This document shows positions 1-10,714 of a DNA stretch of 15,052 nucleotides, piece after piece (position 1 is the stretch's first letter; the number at the start of each line of letters is the position of its first letter). The stretch is taken from positions 22,431,426 to 22,446,477 of the forward strand of contig JANKJI020000004.1 of assembly GCA_024626585.2 (NCBI GenBank), given 5' to 3'. A model generated the notes under the pieces. That model was not told the origin of the DNA. It ran no database searches and saw only the letters and a list, made by a program, of their open reading frames with translations. The position numbers and the translations under genes were made by a program. The stretch is from Ginkgo biloba. Lineage: Eukaryota; Plantae; Ginkgophyta.

Positions 1-256
1 CTAATCCTAAAGGAATTAATCTTACATTAATTTGGTAAGGCGACCTTGGGGCCTTACAAAAGCCTTAAGGAATCATAAAAGAGTTTAAGCAACTCTAGAG
101 GGGTCTTGTGTTAGCCTTATGGGGTTTTAAGTCAATTCCAAGTGACCATAGATCCTAAGAATCATATGACCTAAGCCTATTACCTTGAAAATGTGCAAGG
201 AAGTTGTTGAGTCACAATAATTCCTACTTGGTCATAATCATCACTTATACATCACA
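1..256. mobile_element. Possible terminal part of an LTR
   Basis: Tract with recurring ccttaag/gcctta/gacct words ending in ACATCACA at 256, a common TGTGATG...CATCACA LTR terminus. No partner terminus in the window. Confidence 0.25.
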
Positions 257-980
257 AATATTGGCTGCACATGTAGAGATGTGAACTTAGGATGACCTTC
301 AAGAAGAGCAAAACATTTCTCTCGAGGAAAGACAGTTAGCCTAAAATAAAGGAATAGTTGGAAGCAATCAACTCAAGATTGAATTTTGAACAAAAATACT
401 CCTCAAAGGAACCATCAATGCATGGGGGATGCTAATTGGTTTTTGAAGAAAGAGAAAAAACAATAGCCCAAATATAGAGAGGAAGGTCAACCTAGAGAAA
501 TTTTAGCAAGTGCAAAGGTTGAATTCCAATCTCAGATCTATAGATTGTGTTTATGGAGCAAATCACTAAAGGGATCACAAATGTCACATTTAAGAGGGTT
601 TTATGCCTGTAAAAGTACATTTGAAGCAAGATGCTGACTTAGCAGGTGTCTTGAAATTAATATAAACAATTTTTTGCAGTAGATTCAGGATATACACCAA
701 ATATACTATAGAAAGTGAACTACTTTGTGGTATCTAACAATTAGGAGTTGCAGATACCCTTCTTTTATGCTCAGAAGAACCTGTTGTCAAGTCACCCTAT
801 GAGTTGGAGCCCTCTTGAACCAAATTGCAATATAGACATTGAGTATGGTTCGTAACACGTTGCTGTCTAGTAATATTGTGTATGTAGAAAATAAGAATAA
901 TTGAGTTTCAGAGGACTTAGGGTTTTCTCTAGGACACTTCTCCAATGAAAGAGTGGGTTTTTGACATACCATTCAAAGGA

Positions 981-1024
981 ATACTTCTGCCCTAATCTTG
1001 TTGTATGTATACTTCTGCCCTAAT
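981..1024. repeat. 16-bp direct repeat ATACTTCTGCCCTAAT, 28-nt period
   Basis: Exact copies at 981-996 and 1009-1024. Confidence 0.9.
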
Positions 1025-2697
1025 TTTATGTGAATATACGTATAGCTGAAAACTTACAAAATTTTGTGTTTGTTGGTAAATCATTCTTAAGTTGAATTTA
1101 TGTGCCCCAGAATAGGGTTGAATGTCTATACGTGTATGGCATATATGGCTTTTGTTGAAATGAGAGAGACCGTAGTTTTCTCATAGTTACATGGTTGAAA
1201 ATGCATTAAATGAGAATTGTACCTTGTTGATTTATTATTGAAACTCTCATTAAGCTACCCTAGAAACATGATCCTACTTGTTTTAGAGTTTATAGGGGAA
1301 TAGTGATGAGGAATTGTAGCGCCATTGAGGGAATTGAGGTTTAAACTCAGGCGTATGAATGATACATTTTCATATTAATAAAATATGTAATCGATGCATT
1401 TTGAATTAGTGCAAATAAATAAATGTTAGTCATAGAAGGCTAGTTGGCTCCTAGTGCTTGTGTAGATGATAAGCCCAAGCCTTTAAGGGTTGACGATGGA
1501 AAATCTCGTATCCATATTTGGCCTTAGGAACATGCAAATATACGTGGGAAATNNNNNNNNNNNNNNNNNNNNNNNNNNNNNNNNNNNNNNNNNNNNNNNN
1601 NNNNNNNNNNNNNNNNNNNNNNNNNNNNNNNNNNNNNNNNNNNNNNNNNNNNTACTAGTCTGAGTGAAGCTCTTAAATCTGATTTTATGTTGTATCCATT
1701 GTTTTTTGTTGTTTTTAGATTTTTATTGGTTTTTATCTTTTTCAAATTTTTATGGATTTTTGGTATTGGTTTTCACTAGACCAATACCAATACTGCAACA
1801 CATTTGTACAAGCATATCTACACTCAAATCTAATCGTAATGCCAGTTTTAAGTGGCTGACATTAACCGGTGTGGGTAACAACTGGCCGCCAAATTGCTTC
1901 AAATTTACCGAACCATTACTATTAATTTTGTCAATGAGAAACGGGCCAAGCCTGGTCCTGAATTTGCTATTGTACAGGAGAAATTTATGTCCTTTATGGA
2001 AGGTGGGTGACCTTATGTGTCAGTCTTTCCATGCTTTCTGCCATTAACAGATTTTATAGCTAGTCTCCAATTTTCCTTTTTATGTTGGTGACAGTTCAAT
2101 TGATTACTACCAGTTTGATATTTGTTATTGGGTTAGTGAGAAAAATGTCATAGAAAAATGCTTGCAGAATTTGTGCTTGAAAAATTAGCCAAATACACAA
2201 GTATACTAAAGAATTCATGGCATTCAAGTATTTTTGAAGATACAAAAGTAAAAAAAAAACAATATCCAGAACATCAAAGTGAGCACAGGTTTGTGTAATA
2301 GTCTGAAACAAGAGTTTCACATAGTATGTGGTTGTGTAGCTTGTAATTTAGTTCATTAGAACCTATTTGCTTATTATAATTCTTTTCAACTGTAGATTTT
2401 GGGTTTCCCATCTTCCATACATTTTTAAACACACATTAAGATGCTAAAACATTAAAGAATTCAAGTTTAATGCAAGGATTATCATAGCTTTTGATGATTT
2501 TGGTTCTAACTTCTAGTGCTTCTCAATAGAGCATTAGTGGGATGTTTTTCCTGTTCCTTGTTTTATAATGTTTGGATTAGAAGTTTGGGCTTTTGGGCTT
2601 TTCTGAAATAGCATCTGTTGGAGATTTCATAACTGGTGCAGTTTGAAGCAGAAAACTGAATTTTCCTGAACATTTTTATGCCTACTAATTTCTACAG

Positions 2698-2754
2698 ATG
2701 ACTGCTCAGAGGATCTGCATAATACTTTCTTTCTTGTTCTGATAAGTCTCTTTG
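2698..2754 (+). other. Putative small upstream exon of the nucleoporin gene (5'UTR or coding)
   Basis: Branch-like CTAAT plus TTCTACAG acceptor (AG 2696-2697). Donor TG|GTAAGC at 2755 is followed by a 79-nt AT-rich intron ending TTTCTTTATGATAG at 2833. Confidence 0.55.
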
Positions 2755-2833
2755 GTAAGCTTTCACATGCAAAATTCTTGTCTGTATAAGAGCATTATAT
2801 TAGTGCTTATGTCAATCCGTTTCTTTATGATAG

Positions 2834-2980
2834 GTGTTGCTGCTGCATCAACATCAGCAACTGTATATACAAAGTATAACGAAATTTTGCTTTGCTGAAG
2901 CTACTCCCTCCAGTGCAACTCAAGTGGTCTTTTCTGCTACAGCTGGTGCAGCAATTGTTGTGCAGGTGCTATCATTTGAG
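2834..2980 (+). other. Putative second upstream exon (3' boundary uncertain)
   Basis: Acceptor at 2832-2833; GC-richer Ala/Ser/Thr-type codons; candidate donors at 2874 (AA|GTATAA), 2966 (AG|GTGCTA) and 2981 (AG|GTAGAC). Confidence 0.4.
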
Positions 2981-3112
2981 GTAGACTTACATATCCTACA
3001 TCTTTTAGGATACATTCTGTGGAAAAGAATAGCTCCTATGAATATCCACAGTAAAATTATCTTGCTTTACCATAATGAATAACTATGAGAACTTTTTTTT
3101 TGTTTCCAACAG

Positions 3113-4515
3113 AATCACTGCAGCATCACCAATTACCTCAATGTCCGGGGCATCCTCTCCAGCGACAGGATCAGCCATGTTTGGCACACCAGCATCCTCT
3201 CCCCTTCCCTTTGCATCTCAGCCTACAGTCTCATCTTTATTTTCTTCATCGTCAGCAACAGCTCCACAGACAACATCCGGGTTCTCTTTCAGTGGTGCCT
3301 CGATGCCACAATCATCAGCGTTTGCTTCCCCGGCCTTTAATTTCAAACCACCCTCATCGTCTGCTACAACTGCCACCGCCACTGCGACTACTACTGCATT
3401 TACTGGTTTCTCCTTTGGTTCATCTTTAACTGCTGCCTCCACTCCTGCATCTTCAAACTCAGGTTTAACATTTGCAACACCTGTGTCTTCAGCTTCTGTC
3501 TCGGGTTCACCGTTTGGATCCACAACTGTTTCTCCACTTCCAACCCGTCCTTTATCTTTTGGCACCCCTTTGTCCACACCACCATCAACAAGTTTATCTT
3601 TTGGTGCCTCTGCATCAACACCAGCTTCATCTTTTGGAGCCTTTGCATCATCAGCTTCTACCCCTGGTTTGTCCTTTGGAACACCTGCTTCTTCACCTTC
3701 AATGCCCAGTCTGTCTTTTGGTGCTCCAGTGTCTTCAGCTTCAACCCCGGGTTTGTTCTTTGGAACACCTGCATCAGCACCTTCAACCTCAGGTTTGTCA
3801 TTTGGAACTGCACAATCTTCACCTTCAACCCCGGGATTAACTTTTGGAACTCCAGCTTCTTCACCTTTCGGTGCCCTGTCATCCATGGGATCAGCGCCAA
3901 GTTTATCTTTTGGCGTCCCTGCATCAACACCAGCTTCGTCTATTGGCGCCCCCACATCCACAGCTTCTACCCCCAGTTTGTCCTTTGGAGCACCTGCTTC
4001 TTCAGCTTCAACACCCAGTCTGTCTTTCGGTGCTCCGGCATCTTCTGCTTCAACCCCAGGATTCTCCTTCGGAGGGGCCGCGTCAGCAACTTCAACCTCA
4101 GGTTTTTCTTTTGGAACCTCATCGTCTTCATCTTTTGGACCTGCGGCATCATCTTCAACCTCTGGTTTTTTGTTTGGAACGCTTTCATCAGCTACAGCTC
4201 AACCATCAGTTGGATTTGGAAATGTGGGCGCAGTTGGATCTACAACTGCAGGATCCTCACCACTTCCTTCTTTTTCCTTAGGGTTTGCTTCCTCTGCATC
4301 ATCTTCATCCTCAGTGGCTTCTGCAGGTACATCATTTCCTTCATTTGGGGTACCAGCATCATTATCCACTCCTGCAACACAGTCTACTGTCACTAGCTCC
4401 ACTTCTGCAGGATTGCCAGCTTTTGGGCAAACACCTTCATCGGGAACAACTCCTACATTTTCTTTATCAGTTAAACCATCTTCAACGTCATCAACAACTG
4501 CAACTCCTGCTCTCG
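3113..4515 (+). CDS. NUP62: Large FG-repeat exon of a nucleoporin, most similar to the N-terminal FG domain of plant NUP62; partial gene, with further exons expected beyond the window
   Basis: Lies within ORF 3075-4535. Acceptor TTTTTTTTTGTTTCCAACAG ends at 3112; strong donor G|GTGAGT at 4516 (phase 1). In-frame ATG at 3141 (MSGASSP...). About 22 FG motifs (LSFG, FSFG, SPFG, FLFG, PSFG) in S/T/A/P spacers, with no D/E and only 3 K/R. The MSG start and late FPSFGV segment resemble Arabidopsis NUP62 as I recall it. The diagnostic Nsp1_C coiled coil is not in the window, so FG-Nup is firm and NUP62 specifically is about 0.6. Confidence 0.8.
3556..4115 (+). repeat. Coding tandem repeat, about 42 bp / 14 aa unit (consensus approx. 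PASSASTPSLSFG[AT])
   Basis: Successive units such as tcagcttctacccctggtttgtcctttggaacacctgcttct, tcaccttcaatgcccagtctgtcttttggtgctccagtgtct and tcagcttcaaccccgggtttgttctttggaacacctgcatca; eight LSFG motifs. Confidence 0.9.
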
Positions 4516-5878
4516 GTGAGTACGTGCTTTTATAAAGGTCTTACAAATTTGGTACTTTTCCAAGAAGGCATTCTTGACAAAGTTTGAAAACTCTCACATT
4601 TATGACAAAATGGATATGCCCAATAGCATTTGCCAACTGGTCAAAGTATTTTGAGGGACCAATATCAATTCACATATAATGTAGACCATAATACCTTGGA
4701 TGTATATACCCTAAAATAGGGAACCTAAGCTTCTCTAACCTGGGGGAGCTATAGATTTCTATGCTTCCCATTCATAAGAGCATTCCTTTTGAAATATATG
4801 GGTTCTGGTTTTGCATCTGTGTTAGTGAATATAAGTTAGTGCTTGGTGCCTACCTTAACAAGACACACTATCCTCACGAGCATTAGTTTATTTTAATGTT
4901 TCAGTTCACTTTTGGGCAACCCAAGCTTGAAGTATTTTATGCGGTTCCAATGAACTGGAGGAACAGCATAAACGAGGGATGTAGCAATCAACTTTATAAG
5001 ATTTCACTCTAAGCAAAGTATTATGGATAAATAGAAGCTTCATGATATTTGGCAAACACTTTAATCATTGCCTCAAATCTTATTAGAAAATTGTGAATTA
5101 CTCAAAACTGTACCTTTCACCTTAATTTGTGCAAAATACCCAAGTGTATATTAAGTTACACTAGTACAAGCTCATGGTAACCTACCTCAGCAATATCTTG
5201 CCCTTGTGCATTCAACCACACCAAATATGCTTACACTCATATGAATCTATTATGCAAATAGAACACCCATGGACAGGCTGGAATTGATGGCAAAATTTGT
5301 TGTCAATTCGCTGGAGTTATTTCTATCAATACGACATGTTTTCCGTATTTGATGGGAAGAAAAATTGTGTGGCCTGACAATGTTAGTTGAGGGTAATGAT
5401 TCCTATCAATTGACATACACTTTCCCCTTGAGCACATTAGTTNNNNNNNNNNNNNNNNNNNNNNNNNNNNNNNNNNNNNCCTTGAAGGGAAATGTTCTTT
5501 TATATTTTTACATGGAATATATTAATGATATCAAAGTTTTGTATTTTTCATAATTTTCATATTACACTGTAGAGGAATTGTTCTTCCTAAAGTGGATTAT
5601 TTCCAAAGTTTTATATTTATTCACATCTTGATTGTATGTGTCTTTCTAATCTTTCTTTAAATTTTGAGCACTTTGATGGTGCATTGGCATTGAATGATGT
5701 GGAGGTTATGTTATGGGAGCAAATTGACTGTAGCTTTAGAGCATGAATGTAGGGAACCTAAGATAGGCCAAGAAGTCAAGAAGAGGCAAAGAACAAAGAT
5801 GAAGATGAATAATCAAGGAGGATAAGCTCAAGATTATGAAGAAGATTCAAAAAGGAAGATTATTGATTATCAATTTGG

Positions 5879-5901
5879 TATATATATATATATTTTTTTT
5901 T
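5879..5901. repeat. (TA)7 followed by a T-run
   Basis: Direct reading. Confidence 0.9.
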
Positions 5902-5923
5902 GTTGCAAATATATAAATATATA

Positions 5924-6870
5924 TTTATTTTTCTTTTATCTAGAATAGGCAAAATTACATTAGATTACAACAAAAAAATTGGGCAGCAAAAGGTGTACTC
6001 GCTCTTAGAAACCAGGGCATCATCACGAACATCGCGAACATCAACAAAGACACCCTAGAGGTGAGGTACTCTTCTTAGGGTTATAGTTAAACGTAGGAAT
6101 CACTTGTCACGCAGGGCATCGTCATGAGACAAAACCTATGACACACCCTAACTGAGAATAAAAAGCTTATGTTACCACGTAGGGCATGACAAGCTTTAAA
6201 CACAACACACCAAACCCTAAGCACAAGACAAAACAAACCTCCCGACTGCACTGAGGTTCAAAATGAGAGACTGATGGCGACTCCCTCCCACGAACACTGT
6301 GGACTTTTGATGAAGCTTGAACTGGCAGCTTATTGAAGCCTTGCACCCTGACCTCTATCGACTAAGGGGATCTCCATGGGACACCAAACTTTGAAATGAG
6401 CTACTTGCTGTGAGCATGCCATGAGCCCAGCGAATTGCGAACCTTGGCCACAAAAGATGAAACTGTTGAAAACAATAGACGGAGTTGTCTAGAAGCAAGA
6501 ATTGCCGAAGCATTGAACCACAAACCCTAGCCACCATGAGACAATGTGCATACACTGGCCGTCTCGCTTGCATGATGAACCAACCAACTTGGCCATTGAA
6601 AATTGCAAATAATCTGGACCTCCAATGAACCACGACTTGCCTGAACGAATCTAGAAACACCACTTCCTCCAAGCGATTTGCTAGAGGCGTCTTTCTCCAA
6701 GGCAGATACCTTCTTCCCCCTTGAGTTTTGCCAAGCTATTGCCTCCATTGATGAAAGAGTCGAATCCTAGCATGGTTAAGAGCAGGAGAGCGCTGCTATT
6801 GAGATGGAGAAGTGGTGCCTCTCACTAAACCCTAGTAGAGTTTGACATGAACTTTCAATAGCCTTCACTA
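5924..6870 (-). mobile_element. Probable 5'-truncated L1-type LINE (ORF2 C-terminal remnant, 3'UTR and A-rich tail)
   Basis: GC-richer island. Minus-strand ORF 6355-6672 contains HWRSRLFAIFNG, resembling the plant L1 ORF2 C-terminal W-x-x-R-N-x-x-I-F-x-G motif. The minus strand ends in GATAAAAGAAAAATAAA beside a (TA)n/T-run. No RT or CCHC motif is visible, and the 5' boundary is approximate. Confidence 0.45.
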
Positions 6871-7254
6871 TTGTCTTAGAAAATATCATTTGTTTTTGTT
6901 TTTATGTTCTATGAATACCGTGTCTTACAATTATTATATATTAGTTACTTGAACCCTTAATCAGTGCTAGGTTTATATCTTCCCGAAGGATTTAAACTCT
7001 CTTAGACTTGGTGAAAGTGATATTCATTTACCACTAATTTATGTTTTGGGGACATGTAAGTTAAGTAATGGTTGATGATTTCTAAGTGTTGCTTTTACAT
7101 TCAAAATAGACTTAAAATTTTTCATTATACAGAGGAAGGGAGGAATGCCATAAGCAACATATTATTGGCTATAGTTTAAGATGAGTGAATTATTAATTAT
7201 ATAGGCTAACTTCTTTTAAGCATATTCAGACAAGTGGAATTTATTGTTCAAAAG

Positions 7255-8226
7255 TGTAATGTCGAGACTAATTGTTAGCAGGATAATGGCAATATGGTGA
7301 TAATGTTGCAAGACAGCCTAGTGGCATGGCAAACAACATGACGTTCGTAGCATAATGATGATACAAACAGTAAGCATGATGACATAAGCAACATAATGAT
7401 GGCGCACACAACACATGGAATCTAAGTAGCATTTATGACAAAATCTAGTGTAGAATCTGAGCCTCATTTATGGTAGAAGATGAATAAAGGAAGAATGATG
7501 TCAACGTTGGGTACATTTGTGACCGCAGACTGAGCTGCATTTAATGAAGTACGACGATCATGTTTATTGCCGCATTACAAGTGCATTCATGGTGATTGAT
7601 GATGTCATGACTAGGACGAATTTAAGGCACATTTATTGAGCATTAATGAGGTGCAATAAATGAAGGATAACGAGACATTTATTGAAGGATCTAAGGCGCA
7701 TTAAATGAGCATTAACTAAGGTGCATTAGTGAAAAACCCAANNNNNNNNNNNNNNNNNNNNNNNNNNNNNNNNNNNNNNNNNNNNNNNNNNNNNNNNNNN
7801 NNNNNNNNNNNNNNNNNNNNNNNNNNNNNNACATACCATTTCAAAAGACATGCCATTTGTCATTATAGGAGAGGTATAAACAGAAGAGAGAAAGTCACTC
7901 CAAGATTTGAGAGTTTAGAGGAGTCATCTAGGGTTAAGTGTGAGTGGCTTAGCACTAGATGATTGTACCCCATATGTGTGTGTCTTGAACTTTGTGCAAT
8001 GAATCTATAATGTCCTTCTATAATTAGTGCATGCTAATCCATTATTGATGATGGGCTTTGCACTCAGGACCCACAATTAGTCAATATCTAGTTTTGTTGT
8101 GGAGACCTCGCCTAGTGTGACAGAGAGGTATGAGTTTGAGTGAAGGTAGATAATACATATCCATAACCACTAGGTGAGAAACAATTAAGCAAGTGCATGT
8201 CCTAATTACGAAGAACGTTGGCTACA
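7255..8226 (+). repeat. Probable LTR, possibly the 5' LTR of the downstream gypsy element
   Basis: Starts TGTAATGTC at 7255. Imperfect about 42-nt direct repeats at 7623-7664 and 7692-7733. TATA-like GGTATAAA near 7875-7882 followed by a purine-rich tract. Possible ...GGCTACA end at 8226. No canonical PBS or partner LTR found. Confidence 0.45.
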
Positions 8227-9176
8227 GACACAACGATGGGCTGTAACTAAACCTACTTGTAGCCAAGGGGTCTCCTAATGTCTCAAAGAGGTTGGATAGT
8301 TGTGAAGCCAACAATAATTAAGGAGACAAGAATGACAAGACAGATTTGGTGGACAAAGGAACATGAATCATTTGGAAAAAGGCAATTGCTTAACACAACT
8401 AGCTGCCAAAAAATATAACGATTCGTAAAGGGAGCAAACGAAAGAATGTTGAGGCATTGGAGAAAATGAAAGACACCTAGAAGTGGGTGCGCTATAATAT
8501 TGCTCACCTTTACAAAGAAATAATAGTGGAAAACCCGAATCCCACATAAATTAAAGAATCAATGAGCATAAAGGAAACAAGGGAACAAATGAGATGAGGT
8601 CAAACCTAACAAAGATGGAAAAAATATGACAAAGCCCCGACCACGACATAAAGGCAAGAGGAGACCCCCTAGTCTTTAAAATAAATACTACATTAATCAA
8701 AAAGAAATTCACAACTATTCACTCAAAGAAACTATCAAGTATCCTAGTAGAAAATATAACAAGTAATCATAGTTTACTAGAATAACTAGAATCTGATCAA
8801 TAGTTGTTGATAGTCACATTGGAATCACATACTCTGTTATACCTTGGGAAAATCCACTATATAGAACCATGGCAACCAATCCAACACTTGAGTCTCTAAA
8901 TTCTCATGAAGAATCACCTCAGGAGGCCATCCTGAGGATTTTTGTCCTAGACAACCAATGGGAGGAAGTAATCCCTTCGACCAAAGCCAACTAAGTAATA
9001 GTAACAGTAGCATCAGAGGTTATTGGCTCAATTTTGTTAATAATAATGCTAGTTTTCAAAATATGTTTTAAAATTAACAAAATAGCGGGTCGAGTACATT
9101 CAATGCCAACAATGGCAACCTGACTAACAATTGCAGTTTCAAATGACACTAGAACAATTCATTCTATTTTAATGTA

Positions 9177-9206
9177 AATAATAATAATAATAATAATAAT
9201 AATAAT
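9177..9206 (+). repeat. (AAT)10 microsatellite, in frame as poly-Asn in the N-rich gag leader
   Basis: Direct reading. Confidence 0.95.
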
Positions 9207-10001
9207 CATCTATCTCTCGGATATAACAATTTAATGAGTAATTGGAGTAGTAACCCCAATAACTAGAACAATACCTTTTGTGGCCCGACTAGCACATTCA
9301 AGAGTCAAATTAATACATTCGGCAAATGCAATAACATGACCAGTGGACAGCATAACCCCTTCATTAACTTCAATGGGCCAAATTTTAGTAGTGTCAAGCA
9401 ACAAAATCATGGAGGTTGCAACAACAGCAATGGGAGTAACGTCAATCTAAACAACCATACAACAATAGAAGTGACTTTAGTGGAGGTACACCTAAGAATG
9501 AATCGTTAAAGTGGTAATACAAGTTGGTAGATTATTAGTATCATACTTCTAAGAAATCATGCATNNNNNNNNNNNNNNNNNNNNNNNNNNNNNNNNNNNN
9601 NNNNNNNNNNNNNNNNNNNNNNNNNNNNNNNNNNNNNNNNNNNNNNNNNNNNNNNNNNNNNNNNCATAGCAAACAAAAGATTATACATGTATATATATAA
9701 AAATCCACCCAAGGAAACACCAACACTAGTAGTTTCATCAGTTGAACTTAAGAGACCAACACAAGGTCTCGAAGGAAGCAAAGCAACCTCTACAATGCGT
9801 CTAATACTAGCTACATTAACTAATGAAGAAAAGTTGGACGTTCGTAGGGAATTTATAGATGATTTAAACTAAAGCATTCCATTACACACTTTATTTTAAT
9901 GCTAGGAATCGAAACAACTGTAGAAGCTAAGTGACATTACTTAAGATAGAAAAATAGTTCCAGTTAGGTTTGTGCATCCTAAATTGGATAATGATACTCA
10001 C

Positions 10002-10370
10002 GTATCCATGCAATTGTTAGGTTATATTGTGGAAAAATCCATTATGGATGGCGATTTCGTTGTTAACATATTACTTGAGAATACACAGAAGCCAAATGGA
10101 AGTCCATCCATGATGCTAGAAAAGTACACTTTGACGATGGCATATTAATTACAAGTGTGACCTATGGGCATGATAGAATGTTCCTACAATTGTTGTTGGC
10201 ATGCTAGTACTACAAGAATTCCCAATCATAAGAATGCCGACTAAGGGTACATAGTATCTTGATTTACTTCGGCGAGAATGGTTGCATGAGACTGAGGCTT
10301 TGTAAGATTGGTGGCACTATACTATAACTGTAAGATAGGTGGGCAAGTTAGTGACCTTGCCAATGGTCAC
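10002..10370 (+). pseudogene. Retrotransposon aspartic protease remnant
   Basis: Manual translation: KSIMDGDFVVNILL (catalytic D at 10047; cf. DGGSxVNIL) ... YTLTMAY*LQV*PMG ... YLDLLRREWLHETEAL*DWW (cf. LLGRPWL...HDW). Confidence 0.85.
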
Positions 10371-10714
10371 AGACAGGCTAGCCTTCACAAAAATTAATGA
10401 GGACGCTTCAAACACCATAGTATCCTTCGAATGAACCATCGACTCCTATTCAAAATTTGCATATTATTGCATTACAAAAAACATTCACAAACGAGCCTAA
10501 CTTTTAAGGTGAAGTTGAGATAGTAGTAGTTCACATGATGAAGACTTTGCATGCTTTATGGTAAATTGGTTGCAAGAGGCCTACAAACTCAACCAATATG
10601 CATGTTATAGTATCAATAAACACTATGATATTTAAAAAGATAAAAAAAAAGGATTATAATTAATGACACTAGTGAGATTCAAACGAAGACAAAACCATTG
10701 ACACTAAAATTGTC

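Noticed and set aside
290-760. Purine-rich stretch as a decayed transposase or gene
   Set aside because: No frame gave a motif I could recognise.
1664-2047. 127-aa hydrophobic ORF
   Set aside because: Driven by a T-rich tract with a non-ATG start; no recognisable motif.
3075-3112. ATG at 3075 as the start of the nucleoporin
   Set aside because: MNNYENFFFVSNR is translated polypyrimidine tract and acceptor; it is intronic.
3218-3961. 247-aa minus-strand ORF and other overlapping ORFs (3085-4587) around the FG exon
   Set aside because: Shadow frames produced by the repetitive Ser/Ala/Pro/Thr codons of the real exon; no independent domain or splice support.
3556-4115. Regular repeats as a CRISPR-like array
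   Set aside because: Degenerate in-frame coding repeats without unique spacers, in a spliced eukaryotic gene.
4717-5762. 13-bp exact repeat TAGGGAACCTAAG at 4717-4729 and 5750-5762 as a target-site duplication
   Set aside because: About one or two such 13-mer matches are expected by chance in 15 kb, and no element is recognisable between them.
8100-8117. TGGAGACCTCGCCTAGTG as a primer-binding site
   Set aside because: Not preceded by an LTR-terminal CA and only loosely similar to known PBS sequences.
8278-8640. Possible extra ORF upstream of gag (MSQRGWIVVKP...)
   Set aside because: Purine-rich and short, interrupted by stops, with no recognisable motif; cannot be supported without a family consensus.
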